In this document: piece after piece, positions 12,348 through 60,239 of the stretch
How positions within the stretch are numbered: position 1 is the stretch's first letter
Layout: each line of letters begins with the position of its first letter
Assembly: GCF_021869535.1 (NCBI RefSeq)
Contig: NW_026262712.1
Coordinates: 52,018,001-52,082,000, forward strand
Direction of reading: 5' to 3'
From: Mytilus californianus
Lineage: Eukaryota
Length of the DNA stretch: 64,000 nt
Made by a program: the position numbers and the translations under genes
Notes under the pieces: generated by a model
What the model was told of the DNA's origin: nothing
What the model saw: only the letters and a program-made list of their open reading frames with translations
The model's database searches: none

Positions 12348-15300
12348 CTAAAATTTTGGTGAAAGAAGTTCACCCTCACAATCAATGTTGTCATATTCCT
12401 TTCATATTCATATAAATAAATAACATGATAATATATGACAATGAGACGACAACCAAACAAGAAAGATAACTGAAAGACAATCTAGATGGCAATATACACG
12501 CTCCGACAAAAGACAGAATAACAAGTACTGTCAATGGTTGAAAAGCATTATTATTTGGACTCTATAAGATTTGAAATCTTATATTTTTCAACAACATTTT
12601 GAGTTTTAAGCTCAACCAATCATTTGATAAAGTTGTGATCTCATTGTGACAAGTCCGTAAAAGGGATGTCAATTAGAAAAGCCAAAAATTGGACATCTAT
12701 TAAAAACATAAAAAAAGACGTCGATAAGAGGTGCATAGAGTTGGCGGTTGATTTGGAATCTTAGTTGATTATGACATCAGTTTTAAATGTCAATTTGAGA
12801 AACCAATGTCAATTAGAGACCGGACGTCAATCTGAGTCTTACATATATACCCCATAAATAGTAGCTTATCAACAGTGTACTTGAAATTTTAGTTTTATGG
12901 GCATTGGAGGATAAATTATATATAGAAAAATGGATATATACAAAATTTATATACGAACCATCTTAGGTGGGAGAATGGAGAAAACTCTTAACAAATTTGC
13001 TTGATAAAATAAAACATATGTCACTGTTCATTAACCTTTGAAATATTTTGTCTTCTAGGTTGGGTACCAGTTGAACAGAAATTAAAGCAGTACGTTTGGC
13101 ATATGTCATCAGTAGATCTGGATCATGGTTTAGGTTTGGTTCTCAGGTAACACCTTAACATGCTTTTAACTCATTGATTGATTGTTGTTTGCTTAATGTA
13201 GCCTTGTATAACTTTATATAATGTGCAAGTATTGAAAAAATAACCTGTAATTGATAGAAACCAAGCATATTGCTATTTTTCTCAATTTTTTCAATCCATT
13301 GGTTGAGGTAAACTACAAATTTAAATGTTCAAAAAAACCAGGAAATCAAATATTCACAAAAATACCAGTTTTCCTCAATCCACAAAATTGGTATCCACTG
13401 AAATAAATGAATCCACAGTATTTTTCCTTTGATTTCATTAGAAATGATTTATCTTAAATAAAAACATTTATTTTACCCTTATTAATCAAGTTCAGAAAAA
13501 AATTACATATATCATTTATATGTTTTGGAGTTTAGTGTGACGTCCATTTTCACGGAACTAGTACACATATTTGTTTGGGGCCAGCTGAAGCCCTCCTCCG
13601 GGTGCAGGGATTTTCTCGCTGTGTTGAAGACCCATTGGTGGACTTCGGCTGTTTTCTGCTCTTTGGTCGGGTTGTTGTCTCTTTGACACATTCCCCATTT
13701 CCATTCTCAATCTTATATATTCTGTAGTCATAATTATAAATGTTAAAATATATATTTAATTCTTGGAATAAAAAAAAAGTTACAACCCTTTTTCGTATGG
13801 AACTGGATGTGATGTACTATGATTTGGTGATATTTCACCTAAAGAGGCTGTAATTAATTCCTTGTGAATAAGAGTGTAAAAGCTTGTTGACAAAGAAACC
13901 AAAATAAGGATTGGTGTTTGAAAATACTAATCTATTTCAGGGAAGATAGTGAAAGACCATCTGACCTTGTGGTAGAGGTCAAAGAATTATGTGACCTTTT
14001 AGGTCATACAGCAGAGCTGATCGGCACAAATGTCAATGCCAATCCTTATGGTATGAAAACCTTTGTTTCATTTTATTAATATTTATATGATTTCAGTACA
14101 ATATTTCCTGGTGGTTTATTGATGATACTTATAAATAAATGTATATGTATATAGTGAAAATGTTGCTTCATATTTTTATGCCAAGAAGTTTGTCTAATAT
14201 ATTTTCATGAACAATGAATAGTTTACCAATGAACAAAAAGGTATTGCTTTTTTTTCATTGAACTTTCATGTATGATCATTTTGTTAAATTTCTCATATAA
14301 ATGAATGAACAAGTTTTCTACCACTTAATTATCAGAAAGTATCCATAACATACTGTAAAATGTTAAAACGTCTGGTCTTGGTTTATAAAACATGAGGGAA
14401 GATTTTAATATAAATCTCAATTTAACTGTTTGTCTTGGTTTATAAAACATGAGAGAAGAATTTAATATAAATCTCAATTTAACTGTTTGTCTTGGTTTAT
14501 AAAACATGAGGGAAGAATTTAATATAAATCTCAATTTAACTGTTTGTCTTGGTTTATAAAACATGAGGGAAGAATTTAATATAAATCTCAATTTAACTGT
14601 TTGTCTTGGTTTATAAAACATGAGGGAAGAATTTAATATAAATCTCAATTTAACTGTTTGTCTTGGTTTATAAAACATGAGGGAAGAATTTAATATAAAT
14701 CTCAATTTAACTGTTTGTCTTGGTTTATAAAACATGAGGGAAGAATTTAATATAAATCTCAATTTAACTGTTTGTCTTGGTTTATAAAACATGAGGGAAG
14801 AATTTAATATAAATCTCAATTTAACTGTTTGTCTTGGTTTATAAAACATGAGGGAAGAATTTAATATAAATCTCAATTTAACTGTTTGTCTTGGTTTATA
14901 AAACATGAGGGAAGATTTTAATATAAATCACAATTCAACTGTTTGTCTTGGTTTATAAAACATGAGGGAAGAATTTAATATAAATCTCAATTTAACTGTT
15001 TGTCTTGGTTTATAAAACATGAGGGAAGATTTTAATATAAATCTCAATTTAACTGTTTGTCTTGGTTTATAAAACATGAGGGAAGAATTTAATATAAATC
15101 TCAATTTAACTGTTTGTCTTGGTTTATAAAACATGAGGGAAGATTTTAATATAAATCACAATTTAACTGTTTGTCTTGGTTTATAAAACATGAGGGAAGA
15201 ATTTAATATAAATCTCAATTTAACTGTTTGTCTTGGTTTATAAAACATGAGGGAAGATTTTAATATAAATCACAATTTAACTGTTTGTCTTGGTTTATAA

Positions 15301-18300
15301 AACATGAGGGAAGATTTTAATATAAATAACAATTTAACTGTTTGTCTTGGTTTATAAAACATGAGGGAAGAATTTAATATAAATCTCAATTTAACTGTTT
15401 GTCTTGGTTTATAAAACATGAGGGAAGATTTTAATATAAATCACAATTTAACTGTTTGTCTTGGTTTATAAAACATGAGGGAAGAATTTAATATAAATCT
15501 CAATTTAACTGTTTGTCTTTGTTTATAAAACATGAGGGAAGATTTTAATATAAATCACAATTTAACTGTTTGTCTTGGTTTATAAAACATGAGGGAAGAA
15601 TTTAATATAAATCTCAATTTAACTGTTTATGTTTGTTGAAAAAATACCACTACACTTGTTTCTGGAATAACCTTCATTTGGTATGCTGGAAACCAAAAGT
15701 TGAAATATAATAAAACTCTGACTTTTTATGCCCTGTCTATGACAGAAGGGGACATTATGTTTTATGGTCTCTGTATCTTTGGTTTTAGTTTAAGGTAGGT
15801 TTAAGTTTTGGTTAACAGTAGGGTAGTTTACCATGAAATTGTACTCGCATCAATTTTAAACAGTATAAATGTTCATTATGATTATAACTTGTAAAATTAT
15901 ATGCCAAATTAAGGATTTGACCTAGGTATTGCTATTTACTGAACATGGAAATTAGGAATTTAATTTAAAAAATCAGAAAATTTAACATATTTGCATATTG
16001 TAGGTATTGGAAACAAGAAAAATCCACTCCATATGCTAGTCATTCATGGATCAATAGCTGTTAAAAATCCACCAATCCTCAAACTAGATGGTGTGAAGGA
16101 CTGGTTTGAATCATCTGATACTAATAATGGCCGTGTAGAAGGTGTTGTGTGGCACTGCCCTTCTGGAGTTCTGTATAAAGTAAGTAGTTACAGCGCTCAC
16201 AATTATTAATTGTCATTCTAAATGTAAAAATAAGAAGATGTGGTATAATTGCCAATGAGACAACTCTCCACCAGAGTCCAAATGACATAGAAGTTAACAG
16301 CTATAGGTCACCATACGGTCTTCCAACAATGAGCAAAGCCCATACCGCATAGTCAGCTATAGAAGGCCCGGTATTGACAAATGTAAAACAATTCAAACGA
16401 GAAAACTAACCTCCTGGAGTTGGTTTCACAAAAAACTTACAACTAAGATTGATTGTAAGTATACTAAATTGTTCATGATGAAACTTTGTTGTAAGTTTTT
16501 TTTGTGAAACCGACTTCAGCATATTGTTCAGATTTATGTACAAAATAATAAAGGAAAAACTAATATGATATACAGCCACAAACAACAACCACTGGCTTAC
16601 AGGCTCCTTAAATGTTCCTTCTTTGTTTTGATTGCATTATTGAGTTGTGTACTGTTTGTTTTTTTTATCCCACATCTCCCATTACTCATACTACTGTGGA
16701 TTCATTATTACTTGTTGGATACCAATTTACATGGATTTCATGAGTACAGGTTAACCAAGAATTTAAAATCTCAACAAATTACAAATTTTCTATAGGCTTG
16801 TATGCAGACTTTTGCAAAACCATGAAATAAAATAAGCAATTATCAATCAGTAATTATATAGAAGTGGTGCATATGAATAATAGGCTTCAATTACTGAAAT
16901 GTTAAACAAAACTCATTAATCCAAAGTGCACAAAACTATAAGTTGTAATCCAAATCTACTAATGACAGATGTCTATCAAACTCTTGGATTTTTATTCAAT
17001 TAAATTTGTACCCAACTTACAGAAATAACATAAGAACAAGAATGTGTCCATAGTACACGGATGCCCTACTCACACTATCATTTTCTATGTTCAGTGGATC
17101 GTGAAATTTGGGTCAAAACTTGGCATTAAAATTAGAAAGATCATATCATAGGGAATATGTGTACTAAGTTTCAAGTTGATTGGACTTCAATTTCATTAAA
17201 AACTACCTTGACCTAAAACTTTACAGACGGACAGAAAAACAGACGCACAGATGGAAAAACATAATGCCCCTAGATGGGGCATAAAAATCATTGAAAGGAG
17301 ACATCTGTCAATTTGTTTTCCTTTGGAATTAACAACTCCCCTTTCACTAACAACTGGATTTCAATGAAAGTTCCAGAAAGTCTTCAGTACCCAGTGAACT
17401 TCAGCATTATTTTTTTTTGTGGTCTACAGTAGTGAAATACATCTTAACTAAAGGGGGACAGGATATGAAAAGACACATGCTTTGTCTACACAAAGCTCAT
17501 CAGTGGTGCTCGATTCAAAAGTTTGAAATCATAACAAAGTTGAAGAGCATTGAAAAAGAAAATATCCAAAAAAGACATTCATTCCTCGGGCCGAGAAAAA
17601 CCCTAGTCTTTGAATGATTTCAATATTTTATGAACAGTAAATTTACAGAAAATGGCCACATCAATAACATAGAAACTTATTTGAACATCCCCTAGATTAT
17701 GGCTATTAAAATTGGCTGCAAAATTTAAAAATTCCAAAAATGACTGAATGAGTGATGTGTTTGTCCTGATTTGGTGCAGCTAATTTTTAACCGGACTTTT
17801 GAAGGAAAAATCAGTTATTGATTTGGGGATGTAAGGCGGGCGGCTGCCAAACAGTGTCCGTTTATTAACATGCAAAGGCTTTGACGAAATTTTTTCAAAT
17901 TTAGATATGTTGTTTCCTGTGACTAAATGAAGGTCAAGTTCAATTTTCACAATTTTAGCTTTTCTCGTTGTTGAGTTGTCATCCTTTTAGTAGCCAAAAG
18001 TTATACTTATTATATGATTGAGTTATTTCCCTTTGAACAGAAATTGTGATTTGCAAATATCATTTTCATTAGATAATAATCTATTTTTATTTTATTATTA
18101 TTACAGATTCATCGACATCATCTAAATCTTTCATGGCCAATCAAGGAGCCACAACTCTCATGTCGTAAAATTTATTTTTGTGTTGATGTTTCAAAGTATG
18201 AGTTATCAGACGATAAAAAATCAATATTTACAGACTTGGCAAAACTTCAAGGACAGTCATGTGACTCTTTGATGAATATTCATGAATTATGCATTGAGGA

Positions 18301-18316
18301 AAATGAAACAAGATAG
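9551..18316 (+). CDS. RLIG1: RNA ligase 1 (C12orf29 orthologue), 7 coding exons, 1032 nt = 343 aa + stop
   Basis: Exons 9551-9758, 10100-10254, 11105-11189, 13059-13146, 13941-14050, 16004-16179 and 18107-18316 join in frame. The product matches human C12orf29 motifs LGSVQ.K..CVF, TEKLDGT (K57), [39 protein letters not shown] and HRHHL..WP. Confidence 0.95.
10100..10254 (+). CDS. RLIG1: RLIG1 coding exon 2 (GC donor)
   Basis: [24 protein letters not shown]...[10 protein letters not shown]; acceptor ccAG 10098-10099, donor AAG|GCAAGA. Confidence 0.9.
11105..11189 (+). CDS. RLIG1: RLIG1 coding exon 3
   Basis: [28 protein letters not shown]; AG/GT bounded. Confidence 0.95.
12315..12346 (+). 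repeat. G32 homopolymer
   Basis: Direct count. Confidence 0.9.
13059..13146 (+). CDS. RLIG1: RLIG1 coding exon 4
   Basis: [30 protein letters not shown]; AG/GT bounded; absent from the ORF track. Confidence 0.95.
13519..13714 (+). mobile_element. 3' fragment of an abundant retroelement/SINE
   Basis: Closely similar to 56395-56580 (gttttggagtttag...gaagacccattgg...tccccatttccattctcaat). Confidence 0.7.
13941..14050 (+). CDS. RLIG1: RLIG1 coding exon 5
   Basis: [36 protein letters not shown]; AG/GT bounded. Confidence 0.95.
14376..15628 (+). repeat. 57-bp minisatellite, 22 copies, RLIG1 intron 5
   Basis: Unit tcttggtttataaaacatgagggaagaatttaatataaatctcaatttaactgtttg; first unit at 14376, last at 15573 (21 x 57 apart). 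Confidence 0.95.
16004..16179 (+). CDS. RLIG1: RLIG1 coding exon 6
   Basis: [16 protein letters not shown]...[16 protein letters not shown]; donor GTAAGT. Confidence 0.95.
16230..16615 (+). mobile_element. Abundant MITE-like repeat (ataagaagatgtggtat..gccaatgagacaac family)
   Basis: The same end sequence recurs at about 10460, 38203, 43330-43372 (inverted), 43783 and 51827. Confidence 0.6.
17035..17286 (+). mobile_element. HINE-like element family A, copy 2
   Basis: Colinear with 3548-3845; shorter microsatellite and hairpin. Confidence 0.65.
18107..18316 (+). CDS. RLIG1: RLIG1 coding exon 7 (terminal)
   Basis: [15 protein letters not shown]...[10 protein letters not shown]; stop TAG 18314-18316. 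Confidence 0.93.
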   Translation: MHRHHLNLSWPIKEPQLSCRKIYFCVDVSKYELSDDKKSIFTDLAKLQGQSCDSLMNIHELCIEENETR

Positions 18317-19367
18317 CACATTAATGTTGTGTATTTATTTATTTTGTCATGTTTAAAATATACAAAAAGAAATGTGTTGAGTTTTTGTCAAGACACTTGA
18401 CAAAAGTGATATTGAGCATAAAAGAATTAGATTACAATGACCTCATCATAATCAAAACAACTATCACAAATTGCAAGTATACACATATCAACTCACATTT
18501 GGCATATACGAAACACTCAGGCCATATTAGAAATAGAACTAGAAGTTGTTAGATCATTTCATTTGGGCGATTTTACTTCTATCTAAGTTCACTATGTCTA
18601 TACACAAGGCCCTGTGAGGTCAAAATATTGGGTTGTTATTTTTTGTCTTTTAGCTTAATATTGTTTAGTGTTTCTTTGGTAGAGAACCATAAAAATATAT
18701 CAATATTTTATTATGGCCTTAAATTCTTTTAAATTACAAACATACAAACTACATAGTCTAACAGTAGGTCACAAGTCTGGTGCATACACATCTTTGAAAA
18801 CAATAACGAAAAATTTCAACATGTTAGATATGTCAACATTTTTATAGGACTATTCTCTCTATTAATATTTAACATCCTTTTCAGTTTCATGTTGATTTTA
18901 AATAGCAATATACAGTTGAAAGTTTTATAACAACAAAAAAAAAAGAGAAGAAAAAATAATGTCTAAAATGTAACCTTTCCCGGCAAAATATACAAACATA
19001 TATATTAGAAAAAAATATAGCAAATGACCTTCAAATGTGAGTTTTCATGCCAGTGTAACACTGAGCATCAGTAAACATGGGTTGCGTCACGGAAAGAACA
19101 ATTTTTTTTCAAAATAGCACAATTAAAAATCAGCTTAAGACTCATCAAAAAGATAAATAGGTTTTGTTTTTGTAATAATGTTACACAGTTCAGAAATTCA
19201 ACTGTCCAATTAAATTACATTGTCCAGTCTCACTATCCTTGTAAAAGATGTCTAAACCAAACAGAATATTCAATAAAAACACATACACTGAAAACCATAT
19301 ATCACTAATGTACTGCTGGTTGCATTGTGTATGTGCAAACTGAAGAAATTGCCTGAAAAAAAAGATG

Positions 19368-20029
19368 GTGTAAATTCAGAAAATATTGCGAGGTTTTTAT
19401 TATTGCTAATAATGCGACTGGGTGAGTATCGCAATAATAAGAACCCGCATTCTGATATCCAATACATATGGCCACAGACCACAATTAGTTCCTCTATTAG
19501 TTCTTTATAACATTTTGTCTCATTAAAAAAATTCACCTGCTTTTTTTTGTCAAATATTTTGTGTGTGTGATGTACAGTACAAGTCCAAAAATATATCCAA
19601 CTTTCAAAAGAATTGCATGTTTACATCTTAAAAATTTAGCCAATACAAATCCATAACCCTATAGACAAGTCAAGAGATGTTCCGAAAAACTGTAAATATT
19701 ACCTTTTTGCACCTGGCCTTATCACTCTTTCCATATCAAAATCAGTTAAAATAAAACATCCAAAAATTTATTTCAGCTCTCTTCTTTCATTTCCATCCAA
19801 TAGAAACTAAGAAATGTATGAGAAAGGGAAAGAAAAAAATAAAGAAAAAATACACTTTAATTAAAGGGAACTATATTCGTAGACAACAAAAAGCGGGATC
19901 ATTAATTGTGGTCTGGGGCCTATATCTGTATGCAGCTTTTCCTGAAATCGCAAAAATTAATCTCCCACTTTTGTTCATTCTTCAAAAATCGCAATAATAA
20001 ATGCACGCAATAATTTCTGAATTTACAGT
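19368..20029. mobile_element. MITE between the convergent 3' ends of RLIG1 and TTLL1
   Basis: Inverted ends tgtaaattcagaaaatattgcg / cgcaataatttctgaatttaca. Confidence 0.5.
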
Positions 20030-20568
20030 GGACAGGAAGACTTTCCTTTCATACATTAAATAAAGGCTTGACAGGTTAAATCTGACATATTTACACACAT
20101 ATTTCACATAAATATTATTATTTTTCACGTCTTAGTTCATCATGCTAGCCATAATACATGTACACTACAGTTAAGGTGGATTTATCATTTCTACCCATCC
20201 ACGGTGGTAGTTGACACAGAATGGGAAAAACTAGAGGATCAGTCCCTATGCCAACCATATGGATTGGACATGCCAATTCTTTTATTTCATTATGAGACTT
20301 AGACATGAAATATGATGAACCTTTTTGATTTTCCACATTTTGACAAAATTTAATTTTGAGTAGGTGCGATTGAGTTGCCCATGGTGGGCAGGTGAAAATG
20401 ACAAATTTCACCTGGACTGTAGTGTATTACTACCAAAAGGTAGCTATTGATCTAGGTAGTCATGATTTTGTGGCAATGTTCCGTCTGATGACATGATCAC
20501 TCTTTCATGCTGTTCAATCCTTTTTGTGTAGCTAGTGAGAAGGAATCCATCTTTTGTTTTGTTCCTCT

Positions 20569-55733
<35,165 letters not shown>

Positions 55734-55751
55734 CTACAACATATGTAATCA

Positions 55752-56582
55752 TTGATCCATTTACTCTATAATATAATCAAAACAAGGTAATAAACTGCAA
55801 AACATTCACCTCAAAAGCTTACCAAACCTTTAAACAGACTTATTCAGAAGGGATATAGTTACGATACTGTTGTCAAGTCATTAAGGATTGCATATTTTGG
55901 TATTAATATTGATTCACTCATAGGGTCTTTGCATCGGAAATAAACACATTTATTCTAAAACCAGTTTTTGGCATGATACGGGTTATGTTCTTCTCATATA
56001 TTTTATGATGGTATGATACTAAATATAAACCCCTAACGGGAGGGATTGTACTTGATATTCATATGAGGAAGACATATTCTTTCAATCAGTTTATTGAGGT
56101 CTGGAGCTGGCATGTCAGTAACTGCTAGTAGTCCTTTGTTAATTTATGTATCATTGTCATTTTGCTTAGTTTCTTTTGTTACCTATTCTGACATCGGACT
56201 CGGACTTCTTCTAAACTGGGTTTTACTGTGCATATCGCTGTGTGTTTCTTTATTCTACATTGGCTAGAGGTATAGGGGAGGGTTGAGATCTCACAAAACA
56301 TCTTTAACCCTGCCGCAATTTTGCGCCTGTCCCAAGTCAGGAGCCTCTGGCCTTTGTTAGTCTTGTATGTTTTTTAATTTCAGTTCATTAATATGTTTTG
56401 GAGTTTAGTATGATGTCCATTTTCACTGAACTAGAACACATTTTTATTTAGGATCCAGCTGAGGACCACCTCCGATTTTCCCGCTGCGTTGAAGACCCAT
56501 TGGTAGCCTTCGGCTGTTATCTGCTCTTTGGCCGGATTGTTGTCTCTTTGACATATTCCCCATTTCCATTCTCAATTTTATT
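55752..56582 (+). mobile_element. 5'-truncated retroelement remnant (C-terminal ORF end plus 3' UTR)
   Basis: 55815-55943 reads KLTKPLNRLIQKGYSYDTVVKSLRIAYFGINIDSLIGSLHRK*, which I recognise as the C-terminus of an abundant mussel RT-encoding element; the 3' end is shared with 13519-13714. Confidence 0.65.
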
Positions 56583-59234
56583 GTACATTTGTACATTTCA
56601 ATGTTGATCAGATGAATAGAAAGTGAAATGTTTAATTATTAATTTTGTGGTTCCTTTTTTACAAACAAAAATTATTAATTGCGCTGAAAACAGCACACCT
56701 ACGTTTCACCTTCGTCAAGGAATAAAAGGAGATGTGGTAAGGACATAATTTGAAATCCATAGGGTCAAAAAACAGTCTTTAACAATACTATTGAATGGAC
56801 AAGTGTTTGACTCTATAGAACAATGCATCTTAAACAAAATAGTTTTCCTCATTGAACCTTTATTGATAAATCAAATGTTGGTCATCAGCTGTGCAAAAAG
56901 CCTCAGTTTTGATGATTTTTTTCCCCTATTTCTCGACTTGGAAGACCTAGGAATGCTGATAGATGTAGTCTGTATACAGAGTGGATCCTGGTGAACACAT
57001 GTACATTACCTACAAATGTGCTTAGGTCTGAGTGAAACTGATCTTGGTATGAGGGTCTAAAGAATGTCATTTCAACCAAAACTTCTGGAATTTCCCAACT
57101 TTTTCCTTATTTTTTGCTTCACTTGGATCCGGAAGTAAAATGTACATGTAGTCATTCCCTTAGCATAATTAAACTATAATCCCCATCAGTAGTTATATGT
57201 CTGAGGATAAACACTGTTTTGGGAAGTTTTAGGCCTCTTTACTGTGTGGGCAAAACCTCAGAAGGGAAGCCCACATCTCCAGAAAAACCATTTTTTTCTG
57301 ATTTCAATTTCCAAAGGTTGTATTTGGGCTCAAACTGCACCTTAAACCTCAAAAACATTACAATTAATTAAATAGCCTTAGATCATTTGTAGATTGAGGA
57401 AACATGCATAGATTTTGAAATACATATCATACAGTTGACCTCTAAAATTATGAAGAGTCATATGCATCATGGCCATTGGAGCTAAAAAACGGTATTTTGG
57501 AAAGAGCACAAAAGTACGGTGCCTGCATTTTTAGGGTTAAGATGTTAAAGCCTGACTTGTGGAAGAATATAATTGTTACTATGAATGACCTTTAAAGACA
57601 TAAACTGAGACTTGTAACTGTAATAATGGTATTCTCAGGCATATAATAAAAATAGAGATTTGTACAGTACTAAAAGAATTAAATAGCGCTGTGGTAGGTG
57701 CATGATATTTTAACTGCTGCACCTTTTAAGTTACGACTTAATGTAACATTCGTACTGATAATAATAGCTATGTTTGTTACACTAAAATAAATTGAAAAAG
57801 AACTGTATTTTTATACATTTATATTGCTTTAGCAGAAATGGAAATCCTTTACCTTCCATTATATTTATAATTTAAAATTAAAATGCATAAATACATGTAA
57901 TTGAAATGAATGTTCATCATGTTCATTTGCAAACATTTTGATTTGATTAACGTTAATATAACCCGCCCTCCCCCTTTTTAAAGAGTAAGTTTGTGGCACA
58001 GTCATGACAGTGGGTATATCTGTTTACATTTTTTGTTATGTACACATATATTTATTTATTTAATTTACAACTTCATAATGTACAGACACATGAGAGACAA
58101 AAAAAACAACACTTTTTTTTTATAAATGACAAAATTTGATATATTATTTGTTAATTCTTATTTTAAAAAGATTATCATACATCTTTCAAAATACAATTTA
58201 CATTTACAATGGGAAAATTATTTCATGTCAAAGAAAAATTCAATTAGCTTTTCCATAATAAATACCCCTATGTTATTTGGTCAAGAAAATAAAATGTTTT
58301 TTTTTATGGGTTTGGCCGGGGATGTGATTTTAAAATAAACTGTATCAACATGATCAGCTGGTATGTGTATTTTTGTGGCTTGATCTGTGTGTTATTGCTG
58401 AATATCAGTACATGAAACGACAGATGCAAACAGGAATGGAGGGAAGCATTTTTACAGTGTTCTCCCCAGAAATTTTCTAAGGCGCAAAATTTCAAGGGGC
58501 GTAACTCTAATTTAGAGTGAACTATTGTGACCTGAAGCAATCGGTCATAAATCATTATATGCTCAGTATTAATATACATGATAAAGAATAAGAATATATA
58601 TATATGAAATAAATTCATTTTAAAAACAAAAAGCATTGATATCACAGTCAATTAAATAAGTCAATTGTATATATAGTTCAAGAAAAATCCTCATGTTTTT
58701 CTGGGCCTTCCAATGCTGAACAGCTTCAGAAATATTTATTTCTGTACTCTCTGTTCCTTCTAGAGATATAGTAACAAGACAGTTTGTAATTTTGTTTGAC
58801 AGCCTGTTCCTCAGTCTTTATCCTCTTTAGGGTTGAAAACATCATCTGCTTTTCCCTTAACCCATTTCTTCTTTGCAAAGAACATGTTGATTCAGCATTA
58901 AAATTGATTATGTTTGGTATACAACTTTTTAAAACAAAAAAATTGTAATGAACCAGCTGACCAGTGTCCGTAGTTTGACATTACGCTTCTGTGTGTTTAA
59001 TTGTCAAAACGTTTCTTTGGCAGGTAGATATAAACAAAACTTGATAAATTCGTCAAAGTTAAGACCAGTGAAATTCTTTACTAGTGACATTATACAAATG
59101 CTGCAGCGATTCCATACATATATTTTTCCCGATGGACGAATTAACGATCGATGTTAAAAAATTCTTTTATTTCTAAAACGTGACAGTTGACAGACGAATT
59201 TTACTTGCAAGCAACAATTTTTCACTTTCTAATA

Positions 59235-59477
59235 TTTTGATTTTTGGTGTTTTAACACCACTTTTGGGCTATTTTGTGGCGGCCAGTTTTTATTGGTGGA
59301 GGAAGCCAGAGTGCCGGGGAGAAAACCACGACCTTCGATAGGAAAACTGACAATCCTAGTCAATTAAGATTGGAGTCGAGTGCACCCGCACGATCGGGGT
59401 CGAACTCACAAGCTCAGTGTTGACTGGCTAGTGATTACAGTAGTAACTACTTAGACCACTCGGCCACCGAGGCCCCA
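59235..59477 (-). mobile_element. Full-length tRNA-derived SINE with a 12-bp TSD
   Basis: Reverse complement of the 47157-47390 family; cactttctaata flanks both sides (59223-59234, 59478-59489). Confidence 0.8.
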
Positions 59478-60239
59478 CACTTTCTAATAAAATAAATCAC
59501 TCCTCGTTATCTTTAATAAAAGTGTATTTTACTTTTTTGACGTACAAATACTCTCATTCATAAATTTTATCGTAAATTAATTTAGTAATGTGTATTCAAA
59601 TTTATTCATCATTTACATTGGTCGTGTTAAAATAGATTCTTCTCGACCAATGAAAAAATTCGTTACTTAAATTTATTTCTTCAATTTTTGCACTGAAGTT
59701 TTTAAAAACTTTTATTTTCTACTAAAAATATCTATCTTCTTGATGATCATTTACGCAATAACCTGATTTACATCGTCTGATAAGGCTGGAACAGGTAAAT
59801 CAGAGACTTTTGGTAGTTATCAGTTATTGCGCAACCTTGACCGACCTCTCAGCGGTGATCAGCAACTTGACAATTTTAACCAATATTTATAATTCAAATG
59901 TGAAAATTAACACGCTACCGGATCCAGTATTAAGGGACAGTGGCAAATTAAGGCGCTGCGGGATCAACGAAAATATTTTTAAGGCGCTGCGGGACTGCAG
60001 TGTCATATCGATCTGGGGAGAACACTGACTTATGCTATTATGGCGCTAAATATCTGGCTGAATTGACCTCAAGATATTCCATTTGCATGCCTTACATGTA
60101 TATAAGTGAAAAGACACATGCATTCCACATAACTCACATATGTCTCCCTCTCTTATGAAAATTGAAATAAAGAAGATCTGAGTCTTTTTTAAGGTAAGAT
60201 ATAAAGGAGTGGTGGATTTGCTTTGAATTAATTTCTATT

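Noticed and set aside
14325-15134. 193-aa and 68-aa minus-strand ORFs made of [19 protein letters not shown] repeats
   Set aside because: Translation of the 57-bp minisatellite; open only because the unit is a stop-free multiple of 3. No splice or homology support.
18317-20568. Overlapping 3' UTRs of convergent RLIG1 and TTLL1
   Set aside because: Several AATAAA signals exist on both strands (for example + 19272; - 20281 and 18334) and I cannot tell which are used; needs 3'-end sequencing.
58811-58885. 24-aa minus-strand ORF MFFAKKKWVKGKADDVFNPKEDKD* as a TTLL1 uORF, with a second DDVF
   Set aside because: I cannot show the region is exonic; short ORFs and 4-residue motifs are expected by chance.
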